A stretch of DNA of 64,000 nucleotides from Candidatus Multivorans sp. (lineage in GTDB: Bacteria; Acidobacteriota; Thermoanaerobaculia; Multivoradales; Multivoraceae), in NCBI GenBank assembly GCA_965216125.1, contig OZ244152.1:4244937-4308936 (forward strand), written 5' to 3'. Every line of letters starts with the position of its first letter. Positions within the stretch are counted from its first letter, which is position 1. Below are positions 17,691 through 27,000 of the stretch, one piece after another. Made by a program: the position numbers and the translations under genes. The notes under the pieces are model-generated. The model ran no database searches and was not told the DNA's origin. It saw only the letters and a list, made by a program, of their open reading frames with translations.

Positions 17691-18774
17691 GCCTAAACCC
17701 CCCTCCGCCGACGACCAGCCGCGGCAGCCGGCTTCTGAAGCCGCACCAGACTTCGTAGGCCGCGACGCCGGCGCGAGCGGCAAGTTCGGCGACACCGATT
17801 CGCTCGTCGTCCTGCGAGCCGAGCAGAACGCACTCGTCCCCTACCGCCACGCCCGGAACTCCGGTGACATCGACGGTCAGCGAGTCCATGCTGATCTGGC
17901 CGGCGATCGGGGAGCGGGCCCCTCGCACCAGAACCTCCCCGGCGCCGAAGCCGGTGCTGTACCCGTCGCCGTAGCCAACCGGTATCAGGGCGATCGTCGC
18001 GTCACGCGGCGCCCGCCAGACGCGCCGGTAGCCGACGCCGGTTCCGGCCGGCACCTCCCGAAGATCGAGTACGGGCGCCCTCACGCTCATCACCGGGCGC
18101 AACCCCGACGCCGGCGAGGGATCGGCGGGCGCCGCCAGATCAAGCCCGTAGAGCGCCCCGCCCACGCGCACGGCATTCCAACGGGCGCCGACCCGCCTGA
18201 GCGCACCGGACGAGTTCGAGAGATGAACCGAGACACTCCGGCGCTCCGCCGGGTCGAGCGCCTCGACGGCGGCTGCAAACCGCCGCTCCTGTTCCCCGGT
18301 GAAGCGGCTTCCGGGCAGCTCGGACTCCGCCAGGTGGGACATCAACCCCGTGAGCTTCAGTTCGGGCGCCGCCCGAAGCTCCTGGAGCAATGGCTGCCAC
18401 TGATCCAGCGGCACGCCGTAGCGGCTCATGCCGGTGTCCAACTCGACGACGACACCGAGGGGGATTCCGCCATCGGCCGACCGCCGTCGCCAGGCCGACC
18501 AGTCGGCGACCTGCTCTCGCCGCGTGAGCACCGGCGTCGCGTCCCAATGCGCGGCGCACTCAAGTTCCTCGATCGAGGCCGGTCCGCCCAGGAGCAGCAG
18601 CGTGCTCCGAACGCCGGCGCGCCGCAGTTCCTCGATCTCGCTCACCCGCGCCACCGCCATCCCGTCGATACCCAGCCGCTCCAGTTCGAGGGCCACAGTC
18701 ACGCCGCCGTGACCGTAGGCGTCGGCCTTGACGACTCCGAATACTCCGACCTCACCGACGGCCCGTCGAACCAC
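17665..18774 (-). CDS. alr: Alanine racemase (N-terminus probably extends to about 18828 through a non-canonical start)
   Basis: VVKADAYGHGG PLP-lysine motif. The in-frame upstream codons encode TGARVEIDLGALAANLR, which looks like the conserved Alr N-terminus. Directly downstream of dnaB. Confidence 0.85.
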   Translation of the reverse strand: MVRRAVGEVGVFGVVKADAYGHGGVTVALELERLGIDGMAVARVSEIEELRRAGVRSTLLLLGGPASIEELECAAHWDATPVLTRREQVADWSAWRRRSADGGIPLGVVVELDTGMSRYGVPLDQWQPLLQELRAAPELKLTGLMSHLAESELPGSRFTGEQERRFAAAVEALDPAERRSVSVHLSNSSGALRRVGARWNAVRVGGALYGLDLAAPADPSPASGLRPVMSVRAPVLDLREVPAGTGVGYRRVWRAPRDATIALIPVGYGDGYSTGFGAGEVLVRGARSPIAGQISMDSLTVDVTGVPGVAVGDECVLLGSQDDERIGVAELAARAGVAAYEVWCGFRSRLPRLVVGGGGFRPIGPDRAR

Positions 18775-18824
18775 ACGCAGGTTGGCAGCCAGCGCGCCGA
18801 GGTCGATCTCGACCCGGGCGCCCG

Positions 18825-20186
18825 TCAGTTCGGCTCCTCCGGAGGCGTGTGATGACGCTCGTAGTTGCGGAACGTGGTCGTGTCGCCCATGAAGACGAGA
18901 TCCACGCTTCCCGTTTCTCCGTTGCGATGCTTGGCGATGATCAACTGGGCCATGCCTTCCACATCCGGGTCGTCGGGTTCGTACACCTCCTCGCGATAGA
19001 CGAAGATCACGATATCGGCGTCCTGTTCGATGTTGCCCGATTCCCGCAGATCCGCGAGTTGGGGACGGTGGTCCTTGCCCCGCCGCTCGGGCAGCCGCGA
19101 GAGTTGGGACAGCGCCACCACCGGGACGGCGAGTTCCTTGGCCAACTGCTTGAGGCCGCGCGTGATCGCGCCGATTTCCAGGTTTCGGTTCTCGTACCTC
19201 CCCCCGGCGTTCATCAACTGGAGGTAGTCCACGACCAGAAGCCCGAGGCCGTGCTGCGCCTTCAGCCGACGCGCCTTGGACGCGACTTCGAGCAGCGAAG
19301 GGTTGGCCGAGTCGTCGATGAAGAGACTCGAGTCCCGGCCGCTTGCCACCGCCTGGTGCACGCGGCTCCAGTCACGCGCCCCGAGCCGGCCGCCGCGCAA
19401 CCGGTGGAAGGGGATGTCGGTCGTCGAGCACAGCACCCGCATGGCAATTTCCCGTTCGCTCATCTCAAGCGAGAAGAAGCCGGCCGCCTTCTTTTCCTCG
19501 TGCGAAACGTGGGTGGCAATGTTCAGGGCCAGGCTCGTCTTGCCCATTCCCGGCCGGCCGGCAACGATGACCAGGTTGCCCGGCTGGAGACCGTGGGTCA
19601 TGCGGTCGAAGTCCACGAAGCCGGTGCGCAGGCCGGGGAAGTCGTTCGCCGTTTGCTTTTCGAGCTGCTCGACCGTCTCGCGGTAGATCTGGTCGAGGGG
19701 CACGAAGGATCGCGCCACCGCCTCCTCGCTCAGCTCCATCACGGCCTGCTCCGCTCGGTCCAGGGCGTCTCTCGCCTCGAGACCGCCGTCGAGCGCCGTC
19801 CTGTAGATCGTTGTGCAGGCATCGATCAGGCGCCTGCGCAGGGCCCGCTCCTTGATGATCTCGACATAAGAGTCGACCCGGCCGAGGTCGGGCAGATCCA
19901 CCTCCAGCGTGGCCAGATACGCCACGCCGCCGGCGGCGTCGAACTGGCCTCGTTGCTCCAGCCGCGCCTGCACCGTCCGGAGGTCGATCGGGCTGTCCGC
20001 TTCCTGGAGCGCGAGCATCGCCTCGTACAGCAGCCGATGCCTCTCGAAGTAGTAGTCCTCCGGCTTCAGTCGGACCGAGGTAGCCGCCAGGTGCCGGTCG
20101 GCGTCGAGCAGAATCGCGGCCAGCACCGCGCGCTCCGACTCCTCGCTGTGGGGAAGACTGTGGGTTTCTTCGACTGGGGCGCGCAC
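18825..20186 (-). CDS. dnaB: Replicative DNA helicase DnaB
   Basis: 453 aa with PHSEESERAVLAAILLD, Walker A AGRPGMGKTSLALN, VVDYLQLM and SQLSR. No intein. Confidence 0.95.
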   Translation of the reverse strand: MRAPVEETHSLPHSEESERAVLAAILLDADRHLAATSVRLKPEDYYFERHRLLYEAMLALQEADSPIDLRTVQARLEQRGQFDAAGGVAYLATLEVDLPDLGRVDSYVEIIKERALRRRLIDACTTIYRTALDGGLEARDALDRAEQAVMELSEEAVARSFVPLDQIYRETVEQLEKQTANDFPGLRTGFVDFDRMTHGLQPGNLVIVAGRPGMGKTSLALNIATHVSHEEKKAAGFFSLEMSEREIAMRVLCSTTDIPFHRLRGGRLGARDWSRVHQAVASGRDSSLFIDDSANPSLLEVASKARRLKAQHGLGLLVVDYLQLMNAGGRYENRNLEIGAITRGLKQLAKELAVPVVALSQLSRLPERRGKDHRPQLADLRESGNIEQDADIVIFVYREEVYEPDDPDVEGMAQLIIAKHRNGETGSVDLVFMGDTTTFRNYERHHTPPEEPN

Positions 20187-20351
20187 GGTGCTCCCAGCCT
20201 AGGAGCTTGTGCCTCGGAACGCAACGAAATGCGGAGACGGGGCGCGCCGTGGCGCCGGCCGGGTCGCGCCTGTTGATTTCGGGAATGGCGTGCGAAGATG
20301 GGGGGGCCCCGGCGGTTGGGTCGAGCGCCGGGCGCACTGCCCCCTTAACCG

Positions 20352-21497
20352 ATGTTGGCTAGACACTCGCAGCACCCCTTGCGCGGTCGGCTAGGTGTGG
20401 TCTGGGCAGGCCTCTGTGCCTGCATCCTCGCGACCACTCCTGTCTCAGGCCAGGAAGTGGACCGCGAACCAGACCCCGGGACGGCCCCCCGCACCACGGA
20501 CGAAGCCGGAATCGAGACCTCTGCCGGCGCCAACGAGGCCGCGGACGAGAAGGTCGACCCGTGCGCGTCCGAGTACCTGACCGGCCGATCCTGGCTCGAC
20601 TGGCTCAACCTGCGCCTCCACCGGACGGCCTGTGAGACGGCCCTGTGGTTCGACCACCTGTTCGGCGACTACCGGCTGGACGAGGAACTCGAAGCGACGC
20701 ACGGCCGGGCCCTGGTGGGCGTGATCTGGGACGAGCAGTACGGCTTCAAGGACGATCTGAACTTTCGCGCCCGCATGCACTTCCCGAACATGGAGCGGCG
20801 CCTCAACGCCTTCGTCGGCCGCGATGACCGGGAGGACGTACTGGAGGACGCCCAGCGCCGCGGCGCCACGTCCTTGCCGGGCATGTTCGATCCCGCCGAC
20901 GACGAGTGGCTGGTGGGACTGGGCTACCGGCCGATCTCGGGCCGCGGCGGGGATCTCGACTTCGATGTCGGCATGAACTTCAAGTCTCCGATCGAGCCCT
21001 TTGCCCGCGCCCGCTACAAGCACCGGACCTTCCTCTCGGACACCGACCTCGTGCGATTCCGCCACGCCCTGTTCTGGGAACGGGACGACGGTTGGGGCCT
21101 GTCGACCCGGATCGACTACGAGCACGCCTTCTCGGGCGGTTCGATGATGCGCTGGCGCGGGGCCGGAAAGATCTCCGGCATCACGCAGGGCGCCGACTGG
21201 TTCACCGAGTTGAGCTACTACCACCGCTTGGGCCGCCGCCGCGCCCTCGCCCACCAGGTCGGCGCCAACGGCGAAACCGACGCACCGATTCTGATCGAGA
21301 ACTACTTCGTGCGCATGATCTACCGCCAGCAGATCCTCCGCGAGTGGCTCTTCCTCGAGATCGGTCCCGGCATGGCCTGGCGGCGAGACGTGCGGGGCGA
21401 ACCGAGGGATTCAGTTCCGATCCTGCGCTTCGGCGTCGAGATGCTGTTCGGCGACTACCGCGGCCAGGGTACCGCCGCACCGGTTCCAGGCAGGTAA
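20352..21497 (+). CDS. Hypothetical exported protein, possibly an outer-membrane beta-barrel
   Basis: 381 aa with signal peptide GVVWAGLCACILATTPVSGQ. The C-terminal two thirds show an alternating hydrophobic pattern ending in an aromatic-rich stretch. No family recognised. Confidence 0.5.
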   Translation: MLARHSQHPLRGRLGVVWAGLCACILATTPVSGQEVDREPDPGTAPRTTDEAGIETSAGANEAADEKVDPCASEYLTGRSWLDWLNLRLHRTACETALWFDHLFGDYRLDEELEATHGRALVGVIWDEQYGFKDDLNFRARMHFPNMERRLNAFVGRDDREDVLEDAQRRGATSLPGMFDPADDEWLVGLGYRPISGRGGDLDFDVGMNFKSPIEPFARARYKHRTFLSDTDLVRFRHALFWERDDGWGLSTRIDYEHAFSGGSMMRWRGAGKISGITQGADWFTELSYYHRLGRRRALAHQVGANGETDAPILIENYFVRMIYRQQILREWLFLEIGPGMAWRRDVRGEPRDSVPILRFGVEMLFGDYRGQGTAAPVPGR

Positions 21498-21538
21498 GGT
21501 TTCGAGTCTGGAAGCACGACGCGAAAGCGAGGAGAGAG

Positions 21539-22321
21539 ATGAGCGGTAACACCGCCGGAAACGGCGAAGTGACGGTTGTGGTCGGCGACGATCTGGTCGC
21601 GGAGGTCGAAGTCCACCGGCCGCCGAACAACTTCTTCGACCAGGACCTGATTGCCGTACTTGCGGCAGCGATCGAGGAACTCGACGAACGGCGCGACTGC
21701 CGCGCCGTGGTACTCTGTTCCGAAGGCAAGCACTTCTGCGCGGGCGCGAACCTGAACTCTTCGCGACCGGCAACCGGAACCCCGCAGCGTCACCTCTACG
21801 ACGAAGCCGTGCGCCTGTTCGAGACCCGGACCCCGGTCGTCGCCGCCATCCAGGGCGCGGCCATCGGCGGCGGTCTCGGGCTGGCCCTGATGCCGGACTT
21901 CCGCGTCGCCTGCGCCGAAGCCCGGTTCGCCGCGAACTTCGCCCGCCTGGGCTTCATCCAGGGCTTCGGGCTGACCGTCACCCTCCCCCGCCTGGTCGGC
22001 CGCCAGCGGGCGATGGAAATGCTCTACACCGGTCGCCGGGTCAGGGGCGAGGAGGCGTTTCGGATCGGCCTCTGCGACGAACTCGTTCCCCGCAACGAAG
22101 TGCGGGCACGGGCGCGGGCACTCGCCGCGGAGATCGCGGCCTCGGCGCCTCTCGCCGTGCGCTCGATCCGCGAGACGCTCCGGGGCCGGCTCGCCGCCGA
22201 GATCCGCGCGGCCACCGACCACGAGAAGGTCGAGCAGGACCGGCTGCGGCAGACCGCGGACTTCGCCGAGGGTGTGCGGGCGATGACGGAGCGCCGCCTG
22301 CCGCGCTTCACGGGTTCCTGA
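21539..22321 (+). CDS. Enoyl-CoA hydratase/isomerase (crotonase) family protein
   Basis: ATG 21539 follows GAGGAGAG. Motifs RAVVLCSEGKHFCAGANL and AAIQGAAIGGGLGLAL. The track ORF's upstream extension to 20906 overlaps the previous gene. Confidence 0.85.
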   Translation: MSGNTAGNGEVTVVVGDDLVAEVEVHRPPNNFFDQDLIAVLAAAIEELDERRDCRAVVLCSEGKHFCAGANLNSSRPATGTPQRHLYDEAVRLFETRTPVVAAIQGAAIGGGLGLALMPDFRVACAEARFAANFARLGFIQGFGLTVTLPRLVGRQRAMEMLYTGRRVRGEEAFRIGLCDELVPRNEVRARARALAAEIAASAPLAVRSIRETLRGRLAAEIRAATDHEKVEQDRLRQTADFAEGVRAMTERRLPRFTGS

Positions 22322-22337
22322 TCGCCGACGCCGGTCT

Positions 22338-24266
22338 TCAGGCTCCGGCAGCCGTGGCAACCAGGAACGTGGCCCAGGCCCCCAGCCAACCCAGGCCGGT
22401 CATGTAGACGAAGGTGAAGGCCGGCCACCGCCACTTCCCCGTCTCGCGACGGATCACGGCCAGGGTCGACATGCACTGCATGGCGAACGCGAAGTAGACG
22501 AGCAGCGCAAGAGCCGACGCACGGGACAGCACCGGCGCTCCCCCGCGCTCGCCGCCACCGGCGAGGACGCCGCCCAGCCCCTCCCCGTCCTCGCCTTCGT
22601 GCGCGAAGATCTGCGCCAACGTGGCGACCATCACCTCGCGAGCGGCCTGAGACGCAACCAGACCGACGTTGATGCGCCAGTCGAAGTCCATGGGGGCGAA
22701 CACCGGCTCCAGGAACCTGCCCACGGAGGCCGCGTAACTGCCCTCCAGGATCACCTGCTGGTTGGCCGCGGCGCTGAGTTGAGGGTCGGCGTCCCGCCGC
22801 GGCAGGTTGAGCAGGAACCAGAGCACGATACTGACGCCGAGGATGATCGTGCCGGCGCGGCGCAGGAACATGCGCGCGCGGTCCCAGACGCCCAGCGCGA
22901 TGTCGCTCGGCCGCGGCAGGCGGAACGGCGGTAACTCCAGGTAGAACGGCAGCGACGCGCCGCGTCTCAAACCGCGCTTGAGGACCGCCGCCGAGACCAG
23001 TGCCGCTGCCGTTCCCAGGAGGTAGAGGCCGCCCAGAGTCAGGCCCTGCCAGGTGAACGGTCCGAACACCGGATCGGCAGGAATGAAAGCCGCGATCAGC
23101 AGCGTGTACACCGGCAGCCGAGCCGAGCAGGTGGCGAACGGAGCCACCAGGATCGTGGTCAGCCGATCCCGTTCCGAGGGGATCGTCCGGGTCGCCATGA
23201 TGCCGGGAACGGCACAGGCGTACGAGGAAAGCAGGGCCAGGAAACAGCGCCCCTCGAGACCCACCCAACCCATCAACCGGTCCACCACGAAGGCTGCCCG
23301 CGCCATGTATCCGCAAGCTTCGAGAAACAGGATGACGGTGAACAGCAGCACGATCTGGGGCAGGAAGACGATCACCGCCCCGACGCCCCGAATCACGCCG
23401 TCCGCGAGCAGTCGCGTCAACAACGTGTCCGGCAGAGCGGTGAGCAACCGGGCGGCGAGGCCGTCCATCAGCCCCGACAGCAGGTCCATCGCGGGCGTGG
23501 CCCAGGTGAAGATCGCCTGGAAGAAGAGGGCGACGAAGGTGAGAAAGACCGCCGGCCCGAGCACCGGATGGAGCAGAAACCGGTCCAGTCTCCGGGTCCA
23601 GCGATCCGGTCGCGGAGTCTCGCGGCGGCATCGCTCCAGCACCCCGTACGTCCAATCGAACCTCTCCTCCGGTGTGTCCGCCGCCGCGGCCTCCTTGAGG
23701 GCCGGCGACGGGGTCCAGTCCCGGGAGGAGGCCAGCAGGGCGCCGAGATCGTCAATGCCGAGGCCGCGATTGCCGACCACCCCGAGCACCGGAACGCCGA
23801 GTTGGGCCTCGAGGACGGTGACGTCGATCTCGCCATGCCGCGCCTTGAGTTCGTCGATCATGGTCAAAGCGACACACAGGGGCAGGCCCAGGCTCGCGGC
23901 CTCCGCCACGAGGGGCAGGGCGCGTTCGATCGTCGTCGCATCCAGGACGACCAGCATGCCGTCGGGCGGCGGCTCGCCGAACTCGCCGCGCAGCACCCGC
24001 ACCGCTACCGCTTCGTCCTCCGATTGCGGTTCCAGGCTGTACACGCCCGGAAGGTCGATCAAGCGTGTGGACTCTTCCGTGAACCGGCCCTGCAGCTCCC
24101 CTTCGCGCCGGTCGACCGTGACCCCCGGGTAGTTCCCCGCCTTCGCCCGGTGCCCGGTGAGAGCGTTGAACAGCGTCGTCTTGCCCGAGTTCGGCGCTCC
24201 GAGGATGGCGATCCGCGCGCACCGCCTGGAAGCATCAGCCGTCCCCAGCCGGACCAGCTCAGTCAT
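22338..24266 (-). CDS. feoB: Ferrous iron transporter FeoB
   Basis: G-domain ILGAPNSGKTTLFNALTG and DLPGVYSL, followed by a multi-TM permease. ATG 24266 overlaps the feoA stop. Confidence 0.9.
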   Translation of the reverse strand: MTELVRLGTADASRRCARIAILGAPNSGKTTLFNALTGHRAKAGNYPGVTVDRREGELQGRFTEESTRLIDLPGVYSLEPQSEDEAVAVRVLRGEFGEPPPDGMLVVLDATTIERALPLVAEAASLGLPLCVALTMIDELKARHGEIDVTVLEAQLGVPVLGVVGNRGLGIDDLGALLASSRDWTPSPALKEAAAADTPEERFDWTYGVLERCRRETPRPDRWTRRLDRFLLHPVLGPAVFLTFVALFFQAIFTWATPAMDLLSGLMDGLAARLLTALPDTLLTRLLADGVIRGVGAVIVFLPQIVLLFTVILFLEACGYMARAAFVVDRLMGWVGLEGRCFLALLSSYACAVPGIMATRTIPSERDRLTTILVAPFATCSARLPVYTLLIAAFIPADPVFGPFTWQGLTLGGLYLLGTAAALVSAAVLKRGLRRGASLPFYLELPPFRLPRPSDIALGVWDRARMFLRRAGTIILGVSIVLWFLLNLPRRDADPQLSAAANQQVILEGSYAASVGRFLEPVFAPMDFDWRINVGLVASQAAREVMVATLAQIFAHEGEDGEGLGGVLAGGGERGGAPVLSRASALALLVYFAFAMQCMSTLAVIRRETGKWRWPAFTFVYMTGLGWLGAWATFLVATAAGA

Positions 24267-24508
24267 GAGCCGACCGGACGGACGTGGATCCGACTCGCCT
24301 CGCTGCGGCGCAGGCTGAGGATGGCGCCGTGGAGCTCGTACATCGCCGGATCGCCCAACGGCGCACGGCGAACGAACCGCACCGCGGTCCCCCGGCAGAA
24401 ACCGATCTCCCGCAGACGCCAACTGACCGGGCCGTCCCCGGTCACACCCGCGATCTCGACCAGCCGGTCGTCGCCAGAATCCGCCAACTCGGCCAGTGTC
24501 CGATCCAT
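24263..24508 (-). CDS. feoA: Ferrous iron transport protein FeoA
   Basis: 81 aa, SH3-like FeoA pattern LRLREIGFCRGTAVRFVRRAPLGDP...LSLRRSEASRI. Confidence 0.85.
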   Translation of the reverse strand: MDRTLAELADSGDDRLVEIAGVTGDGPVSWRLREIGFCRGTAVRFVRRAPLGDPAMYELHGAILSLRRSEASRIHVRPVGS

Positions 24509-24577
24509 TTCGGACCGGGAGAGTACCAGTTTCCTCCGCTCCCCGCCGGGGAGCTCCTTTCCGTCCTATCGGCGGCG

Positions 24578-24661
24578 TGCCGGAGGTGGGAGTCGAACCC
24601 ACATGCCCTTCACGGGCGGGGGATTTTAAGTCCCCTGCGTCTGCCGTTCCGCCACTCCGGC
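24578..24661 (-). tRNA. tRNA-Leu(TAA), class II, CCA not encoded
   Basis: Hand-folded on the minus strand. Acceptor gccggag/ctccggc, anticodon loop ctTAAaa, long variable arm, T-arm as in tRNA-Leu(CAA). Confidence 0.85.
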
Positions 24662-24674
24662 GTATCAGGAAGTC

Positions 24675-24749
24675 TGGAGGCGACGGCCGGATTCGAACCG
24701 GCGAATAAGGGTTTTGCAGACCCTCGCCTTACCACTTGGCCACGTCGCC
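24675..24749 (-). tRNA. tRNA-Cys(GCA), CCA encoded
   Basis: Acceptor ggcgacg/cgtcgcc, anticodon arm agggt-ctGCAaa-accct, T-arm gccgg-ttcgaat-ccggc. Confidence 0.9.
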
Positions 24750-24791
24750 TTTGAGGGACTTCGGCGCCGGTTTCGAGCGGCGCGGCTCGCA

Positions 24792-24866
24792 TGGAGCGGG
24801 AAACGGGATTCGAACCCGCGACCCCAACCTTGGCAAGGTTGTGCTCTACCACTGAGCTATTCCCGC
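24792..24866 (-). tRNA. tRNA-Gly(GCC), CCA encoded
   Basis: Acceptor gcgggaa/ttcccgc, anticodon arm caacc-ttGCCaa-ggttg, T-loop ttcgaat. Confidence 0.9.
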
Positions 24867-24910
24867 GCCGGAGCGAACCCGCCGGTCAACCGGCAGCCTC
24901 TGAGTCGCGG

Positions 24911-24940
24911 AGGATACGGCCCACTCTCCGGCACTGTCAA
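24911..24940 (-). promoter_or_regulatory. Putative sigma-70 promoter of the tRNA Gly-Cys-Leu operon
   Basis: Minus strand: TTGACA (24940-24935), 18-nt spacer, TATCCT (24916-24911). About 45 nt upstream of tRNA-Gly. Confidence 0.45.
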
Positions 24941-24953
24941 CTCGCGGGCGCGG

Positions 24954-25373
24954 CTAGAGCCAGCTTCGGGAGCCCGTGTCGTCGACGGTGAAGGCGTCGG
25001 GATAGTGGGTGAAGCGCCACTCGCCCTGCTCGGGTTGCCAGGTCGCCGCCACGACGTCGAAGCGGCACGGACCCAGCCGCAACGGCGTCCGGTCAGGGTC
25101 GCTCAGGTAGGCCTCCGCCGCCCGAACCAGGCGCCGCCGCTTGCGACGGTCCACCGCCGCGGCCGCGCCGCCGAAACGCGGGTCGAAGCGGGCCTTGACC
25201 TCAACGAAGCAGAGCGTGTCTCCGTCCATCGTGACCAGGTCCAGTTCGCCGCCAACGGTGTCGACGTTCCGCCCGACGATCCGGTGGCCCCTTGCCCGCA
25301 GCAGGTCTGCCGCCGCCTGCTCCGCCTCCGCACCGCTCAGGCGCGGTTCACGTTCCCTTCCCGCTCTACTCAT
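24954..25373 (-). CDS. yraN: YraN family (UPF0102) endonuclease-like protein
   Basis: 139 aa matching the YraN pattern AEQAAADLLRARGHRIVGRNVDTVGGELDLVTMDGDTLCFVEVKAR. Confidence 0.8.
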   Translation of the reverse strand: MSRAGREREPRLSGAEAEQAAADLLRARGHRIVGRNVDTVGGELDLVTMDGDTLCFVEVKARFDPRFGGAAAAVDRRKRRRLVRAAEAYLSDPDRTPLRLGPCRFDVVAATWQPEQGEWRFTHYPDAFTVDDTGSRSWL

Positions 25374-25394
25374 GCGGCACTCATGCGGCCGCGA

Positions 25395-26840
25395 TCAGGA
25401 CCGCTTCCAGCGGCTGCCGCCCGGAGCATCCTCCACCACGACGCCGCCGGCCGCCAGTTCGTCGCGGATGCGGTCCGCGGCGGCGAAGTCCCGCGACGCT
25501 CTCGCCTCGCTCCTGGCCTCCACCAACCTCTCGATCTCCGCGTCGCTCAGGCCGCCGTCCACCGCTCCCGGCCCGGAAACGACGTCCCCGGTCCAGGCCC
25601 CGGCGTCCAGCACGGCAAGCACCTGATCGGCTCGTTCCAGTGCACCCTCTACACGATCCTTGGCGCCGGCGGGCAGGCCGCGGTCGATGATCCCGTTCAC
25701 GTCGTGGACGAAGCGGAACACGGCGCCGAGGGCGGCGGACGTGTTCAGATCGTCGGCCAGAGCGGCGGCGAAGGCTTCCTCGAACTCCGCCACCGCCGCC
25801 TCGAGCGGCGCCGTGCCGTCCGGCGTTCCGGCGCTCTGCTCCGCCTCATGGGCGAGCCGGAACCGCATGTCGTCGATCCGCTTCAGCGCCCGTTCCGCCT
25901 CCGCGACCTTGGCGAAGGTGAAATCCAGTTGCTGCCGGTAGTGGACCGAGATCAGCAGGTAGCGGATCGAACGGGCCGGTAGGCCCCTGCCCTGAAGATC
26001 GCCAAGCGTGTGGCAGTTGCCGAGGGACTTGGACATCTTCTCGCCATCGACGGTCAGGTGCTCCGAATGGAGCCAGTAGCGCGCCAGCGGGCTGCCATTC
26101 GCCGATTCGCTCTGGGCGATCTCGTTCTCGTGATGCGGAAACAGGTTGTCGACGCCTCCGCAGTGGATGTCGAAGGTTGTGCCCAGGTACTTCTGGCTCA
26201 TCGCCGAGCACTCGATGTGCCACCCCGGACGACCGGGGCCCCAGGGCGACGCCCACGCCGGCTCGCCCTCCTTGGCCCCCTTCCAGAGGACGAAGTCGCG
26301 CGCATCCTCCTTGCCGTACTCATCGCTCTGCACGCGCGCGCCCCGCCGCACCTGGTCCAGGTCGATTCCCGACAGTTTGCCGTAGTCGGCGTCGGCGGCG
26401 ATGCGGAAGAACACCGAGTCGTCGGCCCGGTACGCGTAGCCCTCCTCCAGCAACCGCTCGATCATCGCGATCATCTCGGCGATGTGGGCCGTGGCCCGCG
26501 GGTAGTGCTCGACCCGCTCGATCCGAAGAGCGGACAGGTCCTCGAAGAAGGATGTGACATGGGGCGCGGTGAAGTCGCCAATATCGACTCCGGCCTCGAT
26601 CGCGGCGGCGATGATCTTGTCCTCGACATCGGTCAGGTTCATCGCCTGCGTGACCCGGTATCCGAAGAACTTGAGCGCCCGCCGCAGCACGTCCTCGAAC
26701 ACGAACGTGCGCAGGTTGCCGATGTGGACCCGATCGTAGACGGTCGGGCCGCACGTGTAGAGCCGGACGTGACCGGCCTCGAACGGATCAAGTTCCTCCA
26801 GCCGTCGCCCGAGAGAGTTGTAGAGCTTCACCGGTTCCAT
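25395..26840 (-). CDS. cysS: Cysteine--tRNA ligase
   Basis: MEPVKLYNSLGRR, CGPTVYDRVHIGN (HIGH) and KMSKSLGN (KMSKS). ATG 26840 is preceded by AGGAG at a 7-nt spacing. Confidence 0.95.
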   Translation of the reverse strand: MEPVKLYNSLGRRLEELDPFEAGHVRLYTCGPTVYDRVHIGNLRTFVFEDVLRRALKFFGYRVTQAMNLTDVEDKIIAAAIEAGVDIGDFTAPHVTSFFEDLSALRIERVEHYPRATAHIAEMIAMIERLLEEGYAYRADDSVFFRIAADADYGKLSGIDLDQVRRGARVQSDEYGKEDARDFVLWKGAKEGEPAWASPWGPGRPGWHIECSAMSQKYLGTTFDIHCGGVDNLFPHHENEIAQSESANGSPLARYWLHSEHLTVDGEKMSKSLGNCHTLGDLQGRGLPARSIRYLLISVHYRQQLDFTFAKVAEAERALKRIDDMRFRLAHEAEQSAGTPDGTAPLEAAVAEFEEAFAAALADDLNTSAALGAVFRFVHDVNGIIDRGLPAGAKDRVEGALERADQVLAVLDAGAWTGDVVSGPGAVDGGLSDAEIERLVEARSEARASRDFAAADRIRDELAAGGVVVEDAPGGSRWKRS

Positions 26841-26862
26841 CGAGCGACTCCTGAGCCACTTT

Positions 26863-26933
26863 GAACCCGTGTGGCGCGATTCGCGCCACACGCGACCCAT
26901 CCGCGCGCCCGTTATCGGGCGCGCGGAATGGCA
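26863..26933 (+). repeat. Double-hairpin intergenic element, copy B
   Basis: GAACCC, then hairpin GTGTGGCGCG-ATT-CGCGCCACAC, GCGACCCA, hairpin GCGCGCCCG-ttat-CGGGCGCGC, then GGAATGGCA. Both stems differ from copy A by paired substitutions. Confidence 0.7.
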
Positions 26934-27000
26934 CCGGCGACAGTAGCAATGGCAACCGGGGCGGTCCAGCCGCCGCGACGCTACAAAGGAGCGGACAGAC

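Noticed and set aside
24509-24577. Fur box upstream of feoA
   Set aside because: There is no AT-rich 19-bp palindrome resembling GATAATGATAATCATTATC. The 70-nt region is GC-rich and abuts tRNA-Leu(TAA), so feoAB may instead be read through from the tRNA operon.
26841-27000. T-box or other riboswitch leader for cysS
   Set aside because: I could identify no specifier-loop or T-box sequence and no terminator/antiterminator pair with a U-tract. The structured part is the repeat element, which also occurs at purC in the opposite relative orientation.
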